Positions 12,001 to 20,000 of a DNA stretch of 20,000 bases are shown here, piece after piece (the first letter of the stretch is position 1; each line of letters starts with the position of its first letter). Origin of the DNA: Saprolegnia diclina VS20 (Eukaryota); NCBI RefSeq assembly GCF_000281045.1, contig NW_008246153.1:162331-182330 (forward strand). Reading direction: 5' to 3'. The position numbers and the translations under genes are program-made. Below the pieces are notes generated by a model. It saw only the letters and a program-made list of their open reading frames with translations, was not told the origin of the DNA and did no database searches.

Positions 12001-13220
12001 CGGGCGCCCAAGTCATTCCCGCGGCCGGTGCGCTCACGAAGGGTCAGTTCTACTACGTGCGCGTCACGGCCTTCAACGCGATTGGGTTTGGCTTGCCGCA
12101 AGCCGTCACGAGTCCGCAAAAACCGATGGTCGTTCCGGGTTTGCCGACCGGCGTGACGCTCACCGTCAACTCGATTTCGACATTGCAAGTGGTGTTTAGC
12201 CCGCCGGTGGACAATGGCGGCGACATCATCACGTCGTACACGGTGACGTGGTCGGTCGCCCCCGACTTTTCAGCGTCGCCGGTGACGTTGGTCGTCAACA
12301 ACCTCGCGAATGGCTCGCCCTTTACCGCGATCCTACCGGGCTTGACCAAGGGCCTTTTTTACTTCGTGCAAGTGCAAGCGACCAACTCGCAAGGCACGGG
12401 CCTCCCAGCGCTCTCGTCGCCGCTCTCACTCAACCCGTCCACGGTGCCGCTCTCGCCCACCAACGTCGTGCTGGGTGTGACGTCGCCCAGTATGCTCACA
12501 GTCGGGTGGGCGCCGCCGGCCGACAATGGCGGCGACGCGCTCACGGGCTACATCATCGAGTGGGACGTCGTGGCGACGTACGACAGTCTGACGCCGGCGC
12601 CGGACCGCAGCAGCGTCGCGATCTCGGACACGACGCAGACGTCGTACACGATCACACTGCTCACGGCGCAAACCGCGTATTTTGTGCGCGTCTCGGCCGT
12701 GAACCGACTCGGTCCGAGCGCGCCCCAAGACGCGGCTCCCCTCCCGAGCGTGCCCGCGCTCGTCGCCCCCGGCAAACCCATCTCGCTCGCGGCGTCGGTG
12801 GTCGCGACGCCTACCGCCGGCATCTACGTCCAGTGGCAGGCGCCGTATGTTCCGTACCACGGCATTCCGTGCTTTGGGTCGCTCGCGTCGCCCGTGCCGT
12901 GTCCGTTGATTCTCGGCGTCAGCGCCGTCTACGGCGGGTCGGGTCTCCGAAGCTACTACCTCGAGTGGAGCACGTCGTCCGTCTTTTCCGGTACGAACCG
13001 CGTGCCCGTCGCCGGCACCAACGTCCTCTTGACGACGGCGGGTCACGGCATCGTGTCGGGGACAACCTACTATATGCGGATCCAAGCCGTCAACAACAAC
13101 GGCTACATGAGTCTCTTTTGCCAGCGCGGAAACGTCAACACGTACCTCTGCCCCGACAGTTTGCTCTTGCCCGACGGCAGCTTTGTCAATGGCGCCTACG
13201 TCATCGCCACGGCGCCCTAG
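3..13220 (+). CDS. Giant FN3-domain and repeat-module ('titin-like') protein, probably extracellular; 5'-partial; exons <3..4027, 4074..11791, 11839..13220 (4,374 aa in window)
   Basis: Frame 3 is open from base 3 (YTCEQYSDPTV...). ORFs 147..4058, 4090..11811 and 11844..13220 join in frame across two GT-AG introns, restoring the repeat motifs DPTG^YYQLSLGG and AADG^GYVWSITF. Multiple FN3 signatures are present (PxxPTxV, WxPPxDNGGxxITxY, LxxGxxYYVRVxAxNxxG). Stop TAG at 13218-13220. Confidence 0.9.
4028..4073 (+). other. Intron 1 of giant gene (46 nt, phase 2)
   Basis: GTACTG...GCTGAT...TGTAG. It is more AT-rich than the flanks, and removing it joins frame 3 to frame 1 (GG+A = Gly, then YYQLSLGGVATTC). 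Confidence 0.9.
11792..11838 (+). other. Intron 2 of giant gene (47 nt, phase 1)
   Basis: GTACGT...TGTAG. Splicing gives GGYVWSITF, matching the GxxWxITF motif of the other repeats. Confidence 0.87.
12135..13110 (+). other. Three contiguous C-terminal fibronectin type-III domains
   Basis: PGLPTGV...FSPPVDNGGDIITSYTVTW...GLTKGLFYFVQVQATNSQG; PLSPTNV...WAPPADNGGDALTGYIIEW...LTAQTAYFVRVSAVNRLG; PGKPISL...WQAP...YYLEW...SGTTYYMRIQAVNNNG. Confidence 0.9.
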
Positions 13221-13290
13221 ACCTTCTATCTTCTTGTACACAAATTACACGATACCATTCACAACTACATGAACGAAACACGATGATTCT

Positions 13291-14940
13291 TCAAGGGCCG
13301 TACTTGGACCGCTTGCTTGGAGCCTCAACAGAGTACGTGGCCAGCCGCTCGATCGTATCTCGTGGCTCGGTGCTGCCCATAAGAAGCCCTTTGCTGCTTC
13401 TCACAGCAAAGCGCGGGTGCACTTGCCGCGCTGCTTGGTGCTCTCTCAACCGGTAGCACGCATCCAGTGGGTGCTGCCGGAGATTTTGGTGCAAGACACA
13501 GTAGCTGCAGCCAACGCTAGCCGGGATGCAAAAGTCGGGGCGGACGCTCGAAGCGACCACATCAAACTGAAGCATCGTGCACTGCTCCACCTTGTGGCTT
13601 TGGTGGCCGCAGTAGCTGCACTCGGGCGTCGGCAGAGTGGGCAGCACGAGGCGTAGAGGTAGACACTGGCGCGAGATCGGCACGCCCGTGTGCACGTGCT
13701 CGACGAGCCAGCGGCAGTGGGCTTCCGCGTGGCCTTCAAAGCGGCCAAACGACACGCAGTACCTGCACCAGAGACCTTGCGGCACGACGAATCCCTTTCG
13801 CACCGAGCGCTGGAGCATCGCGAGCCGGAGTGTGCCGCAGCCGTGGAGACGGTGGTCGTTGGTGTTGCAGTAGGCGCAGTGCATATCCTTGTTGTGGCGG
13901 GCGTACACGAGCTCCATCGGCGCTCTGGCGCGGTCCCGGACAAGGTTGACGTCGCAACCGGTGTCAGGCCACGACTGCCCGAGCGGCAGCTGGAAGGCTG
14001 GGCGCACGCAACGGCGCGTGAGGTCCTTTGCGAGGTGCGGGCAGCTCGACTCTCTGTGCGGCGACGGCGCTAGGCAGTAGGAGCACGTCGCCATGTACGG
14101 CACCGCAAACGTAGCGCGCACCGCATTGGCCGCAAAGTCTTTTTTCAGCAAAGGGCAGTTGTGCGTGGTATGCTGCATCACAGTGCAGTAATGGCAGGCA
14201 GCGACGCTGGTTGCTTGCACTAGGACCGACGTTGGCAGCAGACTCGTGCTTTTGCTCATACGTGGCGGCGCATCGTCGCGTTTTGGCGCCTCTTCCATCC
14301 AGGTGTCCTTCGTGTCGATAGCAGTGTCCTTCGTGTCGATAGCACTGTCCGGCGCGGCTCGGCGCCGGGGCGGGAAGGCTGCAAACACAGGTAGGCTCTC
14401 GCCGTGCTCGACAAGGCGCTGCTTGAGCTCCGCGTACTGCCAACCGCCGATGGCCCGTTGCCATGCGGGAAAGGCAGTCGCGAGACCGGGCGAGAGCGCA
14501 TGGCCCAGAAAGACACACTGCAACTTGGCCATGACTCTGCAGCGATAAGTGTCCACGTCGGTCGTCGTCGATTCATCCAGCGCGAGGAGTGCGTCCAGGA
14601 AGGCTGCGCTGCGCACGTCAAAGGCCTGGAGAAAGGCGCGGGTTGCAGTTGCCGTCGGGTATCGGAGCTCGAGATCGACAAGCGACTGCAGCAAGCCCAA
14701 GAGATCACCTCCCACGCACTTGGCTTCGAGCGCCGACCAGAGCGCGTACGGTCCGTCGGTCTCATTGAGGTCGACGCGCAAGGCCGGTGCGATCGCCGAC
14801 AAAAGGTACCGGGTTGCCATCGTCGCGGTCGTGTGCTGGAGGCGCTGGGTCGCCAGCAGCATGAGCTTGCGCTCGTGCTCCGCAAAAGATAGCACGTCCC
14901 GAGCATCGTTGCTTGTTGGCGTCGTTTCCTGCGCCGTCAT
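13291..14940 (-). CDS. Copia Gag-like protein with six CCHC zinc-knuckle repeats (main ORF 549 aa; the true start is probably 15118 or 15100 in another frame)
   Basis: Uninterrupted ORF. It has a Gag/UBN2-like helical segment (ATRYLLSAIAPALRVDLNETDGPYALWSALEAKC) and six CxYC-x4/5/8-H-x4-C motifs at ~13456-14196. Confidence 0.8.
   Translation of the reverse strand: MTAQETTPTSNDARDVLSFAEHERKLMLLATQRLQHTTATMATRYLLSAIAPALRVDLNETDGPYALWSALEAKCVGGDLLGLLQSLVDLELRYPTATATRAFLQAFDVRSAAFLDALLALDESTTTDVDTYRCRVMAKLQCVFLGHALSPGLATAFPAWQRAIGGWQYAELKQRLVEHGESLPVFAAFPPRRRAAPDSAIDTKDTAIDTKDTWMEEAPKRDDAPPRMSKSTSLLPTSVLVQATSVAACHYCTVMQHTTHNCPLLKKDFAANAVRATFAVPYMATCSYCLAPSPHRESSCPHLAKDLTRRCVRPAFQLPLGQSWPDTGCDVNLVRDRARAPMELVYARHNKDMHCAYCNTNDHRLHGCGTLRLAMLQRSVRKGFVVPQGLWCRYCVSFGRFEGHAEAHCRWLVEHVHTGVPISRQCLPLRLVLPTLPTPECSYCGHQSHKVEQCTMLQFDVVASSVRPDFCIPASVGCSYCVLHQNLRQHPLDACYRLREHQAARQVHPRFAVRSSKGLLMGSTEPRDTIERLATYSVEAPSKRSKYGP
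14303..14344. repeat. Perfect 2 x 21-bp tandem duplication (AIDTKDT x2)
   Basis: GTGTCCTTCGTGTCGATAGCA at 14303-14323 and 14324-14344. Confidence 0.95.
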
Positions 14941-14991
14941 GGAGGCGTTGGCCTCGGCGCGGATGCGGTCACGCTCGGCCGAGTCGACGAG

Positions 14992-15118
14992 TTAGGAGCG
15001 GGTCTTCGTAGCCCGGCACGAGGTAGTACGCTTGGAACTGCGCCGACGACGCTAGGAAGGTGGTCTTCCATGCGCGGAACGACGTTGTCGCCTCCAGCAT
15101 CGGCGGTCGATCGTGCAT
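14992..15118 (-). CDS. Probable N-terminal segment of the Gag-like gene, out of frame by +1
   Basis: MHDRPPMLEATTSFRAWKTTFLASSAQFQAYYLVPGYEDPLL resembles the copia Gag N-terminal PxL...(N/S)(Y/F)xxWK motif. It abuts an open in-frame extension (LVDSAERDRIRAEANAS) of the 549-aa ORF. Confidence 0.6.
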
Positions 15119-15132
15119 CAGCGGTCGATCTT
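15097..15132. repeat. 2 x 18-bp tandem duplication covering two candidate ATGs
   Basis: GCATCGGCGGTCGATCGT / GCATCAGCGGTCGATCTT (16/18 identical). Confidence 0.85.
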
Positions 15133-15281
15133 GTGTGGCAACTCTGCAACTGTGACTTTGGCTCGCAAATCGACACACTATATTTTATCTTTAAAAATAG
15201 TGTTGAAAGAATCGTGGCAAGCTGCGGTGGCACCCGCACCAATAACGTTCGTTACCCATGAGGTACACCGAAGATCGACTA

Positions 15282-15318
15282 CAACACGAGACGTCAACAC
15301 GAGACGTTGTGCGTTGTG
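15282..15318. repeat. Short intergenic tandem duplications (13 bp x2, then 7 bp x2)
   Basis: CAACACGAGACGT at 15282-15294 and 15295-15307; CGTTGTG x2 at 15305-15318. Confidence 0.85.
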
Positions 15319-15322
15319 CATG

Positions 15323-17924
15323 TTAACTCGTCGACCCTAGTCGCGCGAGGAAGGCTCTCGCTTGCACCTGCAGCTCCTGCGCGTGCAGCGCACGCAGCGA
15401 CGTGAGCTGCTCGGTTTTGCCCGCGACCACGTCCTCGAGTCTACATTGTTTAGAAAGACTACCTTGCCATCTTTACGTACCTTGCGAGCGCGGCTTGGAG
15501 CTCCGTTACTTGAGCGCTCTCTGATTCCGACGGCTCTTCACTTGTCGCTTGCACGGCCGTGTCGACTGTCCCGATGCGAATTGGTGCCGGCGGCATCATC
15601 ATGACGAGGTCGCGACGGGGTGGCGCTGCCGGCGTCGCCGCACGGGATGGAGCTTGCTTCTGTTGAAGTGCTACGAATCGCCGGAGTGCATGGAGTTCCG
15701 TCTCGAGGCGCTTGTTGGCACTTTGCAGGTCCAACGCTGCCGCGTGCTTCTTGGAGGATATCGCAGCCGCCTTGAGCTGCGCTTCAAGCACCCGAACGCG
15801 ATCATTTTCCGTTTCGAGCTTGGCCTCGAGCACTTGCGTGCGCCGATGTAAGGTCTCAGTCGCCTCGTCCTTCTCCCGCCGCGCCTTTTCGCCGAGCATC
15901 GTCGCGCTCTGGAGCTTGAGCTGCATGTCGCTCGCCGCTTCGTGCTGGAGCCGCGCTGCAGTGGCTTTGGCGTCGGCGCTCAGCGTCTCAATCTTGCGCT
16001 TCCAACTCGCGCGCTCGGACGCGTGGGTGGTGCTCGCGAGCGAAACTTCCTTTTGGAGCTTGGCGATGCGCGTCATGGCTTTCTCGTGGGCTGCTTGCGT
16101 GCGGTAGACTTCGTGCTTGGACGTCTCGGCGGCAGCTGCGAGCGCCGTCTTCTCTGCCTCGAGCGCCGCGACCTGGCCCTGGCACACACTCCACTTGGCC
16201 TAATAGAATTGACATTTAGCAAAACGTCTGTGATCACATGGACCTTGAGCTGATGAACGTCGGATTGGTAGGCTGCCGCGCGCTTCCTCGCGTCTTCGGC
16301 TGCGACTTGCTCTTTGCGGATCGCCTCTTGCAGCGTCTTGCAGTGGACTTGCAGAGCGTCGCGTTCGGCAACCGCGGTCGCCGCCTGGAGGTGCAGCTGC
16401 TCCTGACTGTCTGCCTTGGCTTGGAGTGTTTCGTGCGTCTGCAGATCCCTGTCAATATCGTCTTCTATAAGCTCAATTCATCTACCCGTTGGGCACGCGC
16501 GAGAGCCAAATCTCGCTCTTGTGTAACGCAGTCGAGCAGTGTCTTGAGGCGCGCAACTTCGGTGGCGTGCTGCAGCTGCGACTGGCGCAGCTGGGCCAAG
16601 GTGCTACTTGTTGGCGTGTTGGCCGACGTGATGCGTTTCTTGGCCACTGGCATCGAAGCAGAAAGGCCCTTTGCGCTTGTCGGCGCAGGCTTGGTGCTCG
16701 CGCGACGCAGTGACGGAGCAACAGCCGCTGTCGGGTCGTCCCACTTGACAGGGTACAAGTTTGCTACCGAGTACGTCTCGGCCGCAGAAGCTGCTCGAGG
16801 TTGCACGTATTTCGTTGTCTTTGCATCGCACTTGTCGTCGGTCCGCTTTGCGCTCTCCACCTTGGCGTCTGCTTCTGGCACTGGCTGCTTTGACGTCAGC
16901 GGCTTCTCGTCCGCTTCTGGCACTGGAAAGTCGGACGTTGCCGTCTTGGCATCCGCGTCGAGCTCCGTGTTTATACTCGGGTGGTTCTCGACCGCCTCTT
17001 TCGCAGCGGGGGCTGGAGATTTCTCGTGTTTGGCTTTTGCATCCGACTCGGCGTCACCGTTTGTCGCAGCGCTCTTCGCATCAGCAAGGTCGGCATTCTT
17101 CTCGTCGACAGGTCGTTCGCTTGCGTCCATCTTTGCGTCAGCGGTGTCAGCTTCATCGAGGACCAGAGCTTCGAGTGTTGCGTGCACGGTAGCTTCGCTG
17201 CGAGGTGTGCAGGCTTCTAGATCTGGTGCTGACTCGTGCGCTGGTGTCAGCTCCAAACTCGGCGGCTCCATGCACTCCGATGCGGCTGTGGGATCTGACG
17301 TCGGGGTATGTTTCGGTATCAGCGAGAGCTCTGATGTGGACGTGGACTCTGGAGCTGGAGTAAATACTGGCATCGGAGTGAACTCTGACGCAGGCGCCTG
17401 CTCTGCCACCATTATAGACTCCGGTGATGGATCAACTTGAAGCGTTGATTCGTGCAAGTGCTCTGTCGGCTCTGGCGCTTCACTTGCGGTGCATACAATC
17501 GGCTGGCTTTGCTTGTACTTGAGTACTGCTGCCTACAACTACAATGTCTAACCCAGTACTATAAGACGACCTTTACACTTTCGATTGTCGGGCCCTCGTC
17601 TGCGCCCGCGTCCTCTTGCGGCAGCGCGTCGGACGAGCTCCACTGCAGCTGCAACACCTTCTCGGCGTCGATCGGTGCCTCACTACGAAGCCAGCAATGT
17701 GAGATGCCGAAAGGTGGATTGACCTACAGGCCCGATGCTTTCTCTTCAAAGTGAAAGCTAAACCTCAAGTCCATCGCAGCTGGCGCATTCGGGTCTCGCA
17801 CATGCGCTTCGAGGTAATCGCCGTCGCCTGTCTCGCCGTGGTTGGGCGTAGAGGATGCTGTTGGATTGAGAGACAACGGCGTATCCGAGAGGTCCAAAGC
17901 AAGCGCTGCGGCTTCTTCGGCCAT
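15323..17924 (-). CDS. Uncharacterised ~793-aa protein with an acidic Pro/Glu/Ser/Thr-rich disordered N-half and a long coiled-coil C-half; exons 17924-17728, 17682-17577, 17532-16486, 16438-16244, 16199-15481, 15440-15323
   Basis: Five GT-AG introns of 45, 44, 47, 44 and 40 nt link ORFs 17724..17924, 16465..17457 and 15459..16187 into one frame ending ...AFLARLGSTS* (TAA 15325-15323). The C-half is heptad-like and rich in E/K/A/L/Q. The intron 2 donor could alternatively be 17570. Confidence 0.75.
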
Positions 17925-18275
17925 GCGTCAAGGAGCCGTTACGACGTGTCACGTCGCCAGATCGACAGGTCCACTAGTACACTGCTTGTCCAACGTCATG
18001 TACCACTGCATAGACCTGTACGAAGCCAACTCGGCCTTCATATATGTGTCCTGCAGCCGATAATTCCTCACTCGAGCTTGTGGTCTCGGCCATTGCTGCT
18101 GTGTTGAGGACTTGCTTGCACAGAAAAGGGCGCGCGTCGGGAGATGGCGTCATCAACGGCTTTTCATTGGTCGAAATCTCAATCCTTGGACCAATCAAAC
18201 GCCGGCGAGAGCGGGCTGCCAGGTTTTTGCAGCGCAGCATCGGTGGCGGAGGCTCACATTTCGCGACTGAGCTCC
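17925..18275. promoter_or_regulatory. Putative bidirectional promoter with CCAAT boxes
   Basis: About 350 bp separate the divergent ATGs at 17924(-) and 18276(+). ATTGG lies at 18166-18170 and CCAATCA at 18191-18197. Confidence 0.5.
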
Positions 18276-19752
18276 ATGTCGCCCAACAAGCGCCAGCGCA
18301 TCTCCGAGCCTGCGACGGCGACTTCGTCGGCGTCCATCGCGCACCCGCTGGGCGTCAAGCCGTGGGGCAACTGCTTCAATGACATGGACAAGGGCATCAA
18401 GGAGTGTCGAAGCGGTGGCCTCGGACGCCTCGCGGCGCTGCCCGACACGGTGCTCAACTCGATCTTTGAGTGGCTCGAGCCCATGGACTTGGCGAAAACC
18501 ACTGCGACGAGCCGTGCGTGGTACATCTTTGCCTACCACGACGAGTACTGGCGGACGTTTGTCCTCGAAAACTTTGGCGGCGACTTTGTGCCCCAAGCCA
18601 CGTGGCGCCAAGCGTACGTGGCGACGCGCTGCCCACACGCGACGCTACCGTCGGCCGCGCCGATCGTCGTCAAAGGCTTCTACTCGGACTTGCTCTTCCA
18701 GCCGTTCTACTGCGCGCAGTCGCCCGACACGCTCCTCACGCGGGCGAGCTTGGCGATTGACACGATCCCGCGCGTCGACGGCAACAGCCTCTCGGTCGAA
18801 GCGTTCAAGGAGCAGTTTGAGGTGCCCAACTTGCCCGTGATTCTCACCAACGTCGTCTCGACCTGGCCGGCGATGGACCGCTGGAACGACGAGTATCTCT
18901 ACGAGGTGTGCGGCAACACCAAGTTTTACGCCGGTGGGTTCAACATGACTATGGAGCAATACCTCACGTACGCGCGGACGCTCCGCGACGACCAGCCGCT
19001 CTTCATCTTCGACAAACACTTTGCGTCGACGGTCCCGGCGCTCGCGGCCGACTACAGCGTGCCTAAGTACTTTGACGACGACCTCTTCAAGCTCCTCGGG
19101 AGCGACCGGCCGGACTACCGCTGGCTCATCTTTGGCCCGAAAGGGTCGGGCTCGTCGTTTCACATCGACCCGAATTCGACGTGCGCGTGGAACGCCATCA
19201 TCCGCGGGGCGAAGAAGTGGATCATGTTCCCACCCGACGTGACGCCGCCTGGCGTGCACCCGAGCGCCGACGGCGGCGAAGTGTCGACGCCTGTCTCGCT
19301 CATGGAGTGGTTCGTCACGTTCTACAAGCAGACGAAAACCAAGGCGCCGGTGCACCTTGAAGGCATTGTCCGCGAAGGCGAAGTCATTTTTGTGCCCAAA
19401 GGCTGGTGGCACCTCGTGCTCAACACGGAAGAGTGCCTCGCGATCACGCAGAACTTTGTGTGCAACAGCAGCCTCTTGGTAAATTGTACATGTTGGGGAG
19501 TACCATGCAAATGACGAATGGGTTTTCTAGGATACACTGGGCTTTCTCAAGAACAAGCCCGACCAAGTGTCGGGTGTCGACGAAGCCGACCGACCGCTTC
19601 TGTACGGCAAGTTCCGCACCGTGCTCGAAGAGACGCACGCCGACCAGATTGCCGAGTTTGATGCAATCGAAGCGCGCAAACACCAGAAGAGCGCATGGAC
19701 CCTTGCGACCGAAGCGACGACGACTTCGGCACCATTCTCGTTCGGATTCTAG
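18276..19752 (+). CDS. F-box + JmjC domain Fe(II)/2-oxoglutarate oxygenase (JMJD6 family, resembling plant F-box JmjC proteins of the JMJ22 type); exons 18276..19478, 19531..19752 (~474 aa; alternative start 18144)
   Basis: Motifs in order: LGVKPWGN; F-box LAALPDTVLNSIFEWL...DEYWR (18429-18554); JmjC RPDYRWLIFGPKGSGSSFHIDPN (HxD at 19161-19169), G.KKW, GEVIFVPKGWWHLVLN (His at 19410), AITQNFV; C-terminal FSFGF. Confidence 0.92.
19479..19530 (+). other. Intron of the JmjC gene (52 nt, phase 0)
   Basis: GTAAAT...TTTTCTAG. Splicing gives SSLL^DTLGFLKNKPDQVSGV, in frame with ORF 19567..19752. Confidence 0.88.
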
Positions 19753-19899
19753 AGACATTAGTTGCGGCAAATTATCGAGGTTATATATGCAACATGATAT
19801 ACTTGCATCATTGCCTTGGTTCGCAATTGCCCAAAGCTCATTTGCCTGATGACGAGCGGTGTACGAGCCCTCTACTACATGCAGTAGTATTGCATGCCC

Positions 19900-19965
19900 G
19901 TGGCCTCCTTCAATAAAGCCATTTGCTTTTAACATATTAAATAACGAATATATATATTTCTACCT
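19900..19965 (+). terminator. AT-rich 3' region with a possible polyadenylation signal
   Basis: AATAAA at 19912-19917, followed by an AT-rich tract downstream of the JmjC stop. Confidence 0.35.
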
Positions 19966-20000
19966 CTTGCATGCGATACAGACCTCCGTAAGGAAGGAGA

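Noticed and set aside
147..13220. Three separate large genes, or frameshifts in a prokaryotic adhesin or phage gene
   Set aside because: Both breaks are clean GT-AG introns that restore the repeat motifs, and the TTG/GTG starts are ORF-caller artefacts.
3..13220. Orthology to animal titin or fibronectin
   Set aside because: Only the FN3 fold is shared; no I-set Ig, PEVK, kinase or FN1/FN2 signatures were seen.
191..13456. Numerous overlapping Arg-rich ORFs in alternative frames and on the antisense strand (e.g. 4110..5294, 7614..8876, 6487..7671, 12248..13456)
   Set aside because: These are shadow ORFs caused by high GC and codon bias in the real CDS; they have no recognisable motifs.
14303..15318. 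CRISPR-like array
   Set aside because: The repeats are adjacent two-copy duplications without spacers, in a eukaryotic context.
13221..15322. Intact LTR retrotransposon
   Set aside because: No pol motifs, LTR pair or target-site duplication were seen, and the flanks are too short.
16238..17440. 400-aa plus-strand ORF
   Set aside because: It is an antisense mirror of the minus-strand gene, Ser/Ala-rich with no domains. The splice signals support the minus strand.
17683..17763. Alternative 81-nt first intron (donor GTTTAG at 17763) for the coiled-coil gene
   Set aside because: It is in frame, but the GTAGGT donor at 17727 is stronger and gives a 45-nt intron matching local sizes. Not fully excluded.
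19874..19890. Small hairpin TACTAC-ATGCA-GTAGTA in the 3' region
   Set aside because: A 6-bp stem in AT-rich DNA is expected by chance, and there is no other ncRNA evidence.

Overview
Gene-dense, GC-rich eukaryotic DNA with very short (40-52 nt) GT-AG introns, most consistent with an oomycete (Saprolegniales-like; inferred, not proven). It holds four genes. (1) The 3' 13.2 kb of a giant (>4,370 aa in-window, N-terminus upstream) Thr/Ala/Val/Gly/Ser-rich protein made of fibronectin type-III domains, about 20-24 copies of a ~100-aa 'EVQ...GxFxL...IxxNA...AL..L..IG.V.V.R...GYxWxITF...GNVP' module and small beta-barrel-like modules. These modules appear to be nested inside one another rather than simply tandem. 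(2) A convergent solo Ty1/copia Gag-like gene with six CCHC zinc knuckles, no pol and no LTRs, whose N-terminal Gag motif lies in another reading frame. (3) A six-exon, ~793-aa protein with an acidic low-complexity N-half and a coiled-coil C-half. (4) A divergently transcribed two-exon F-box + JmjC (JMJD6-family) oxygenase. The most interesting candidates are the nested giant protein with phage-tail-like modules and the possibly domesticated multi-knuckle Gag.
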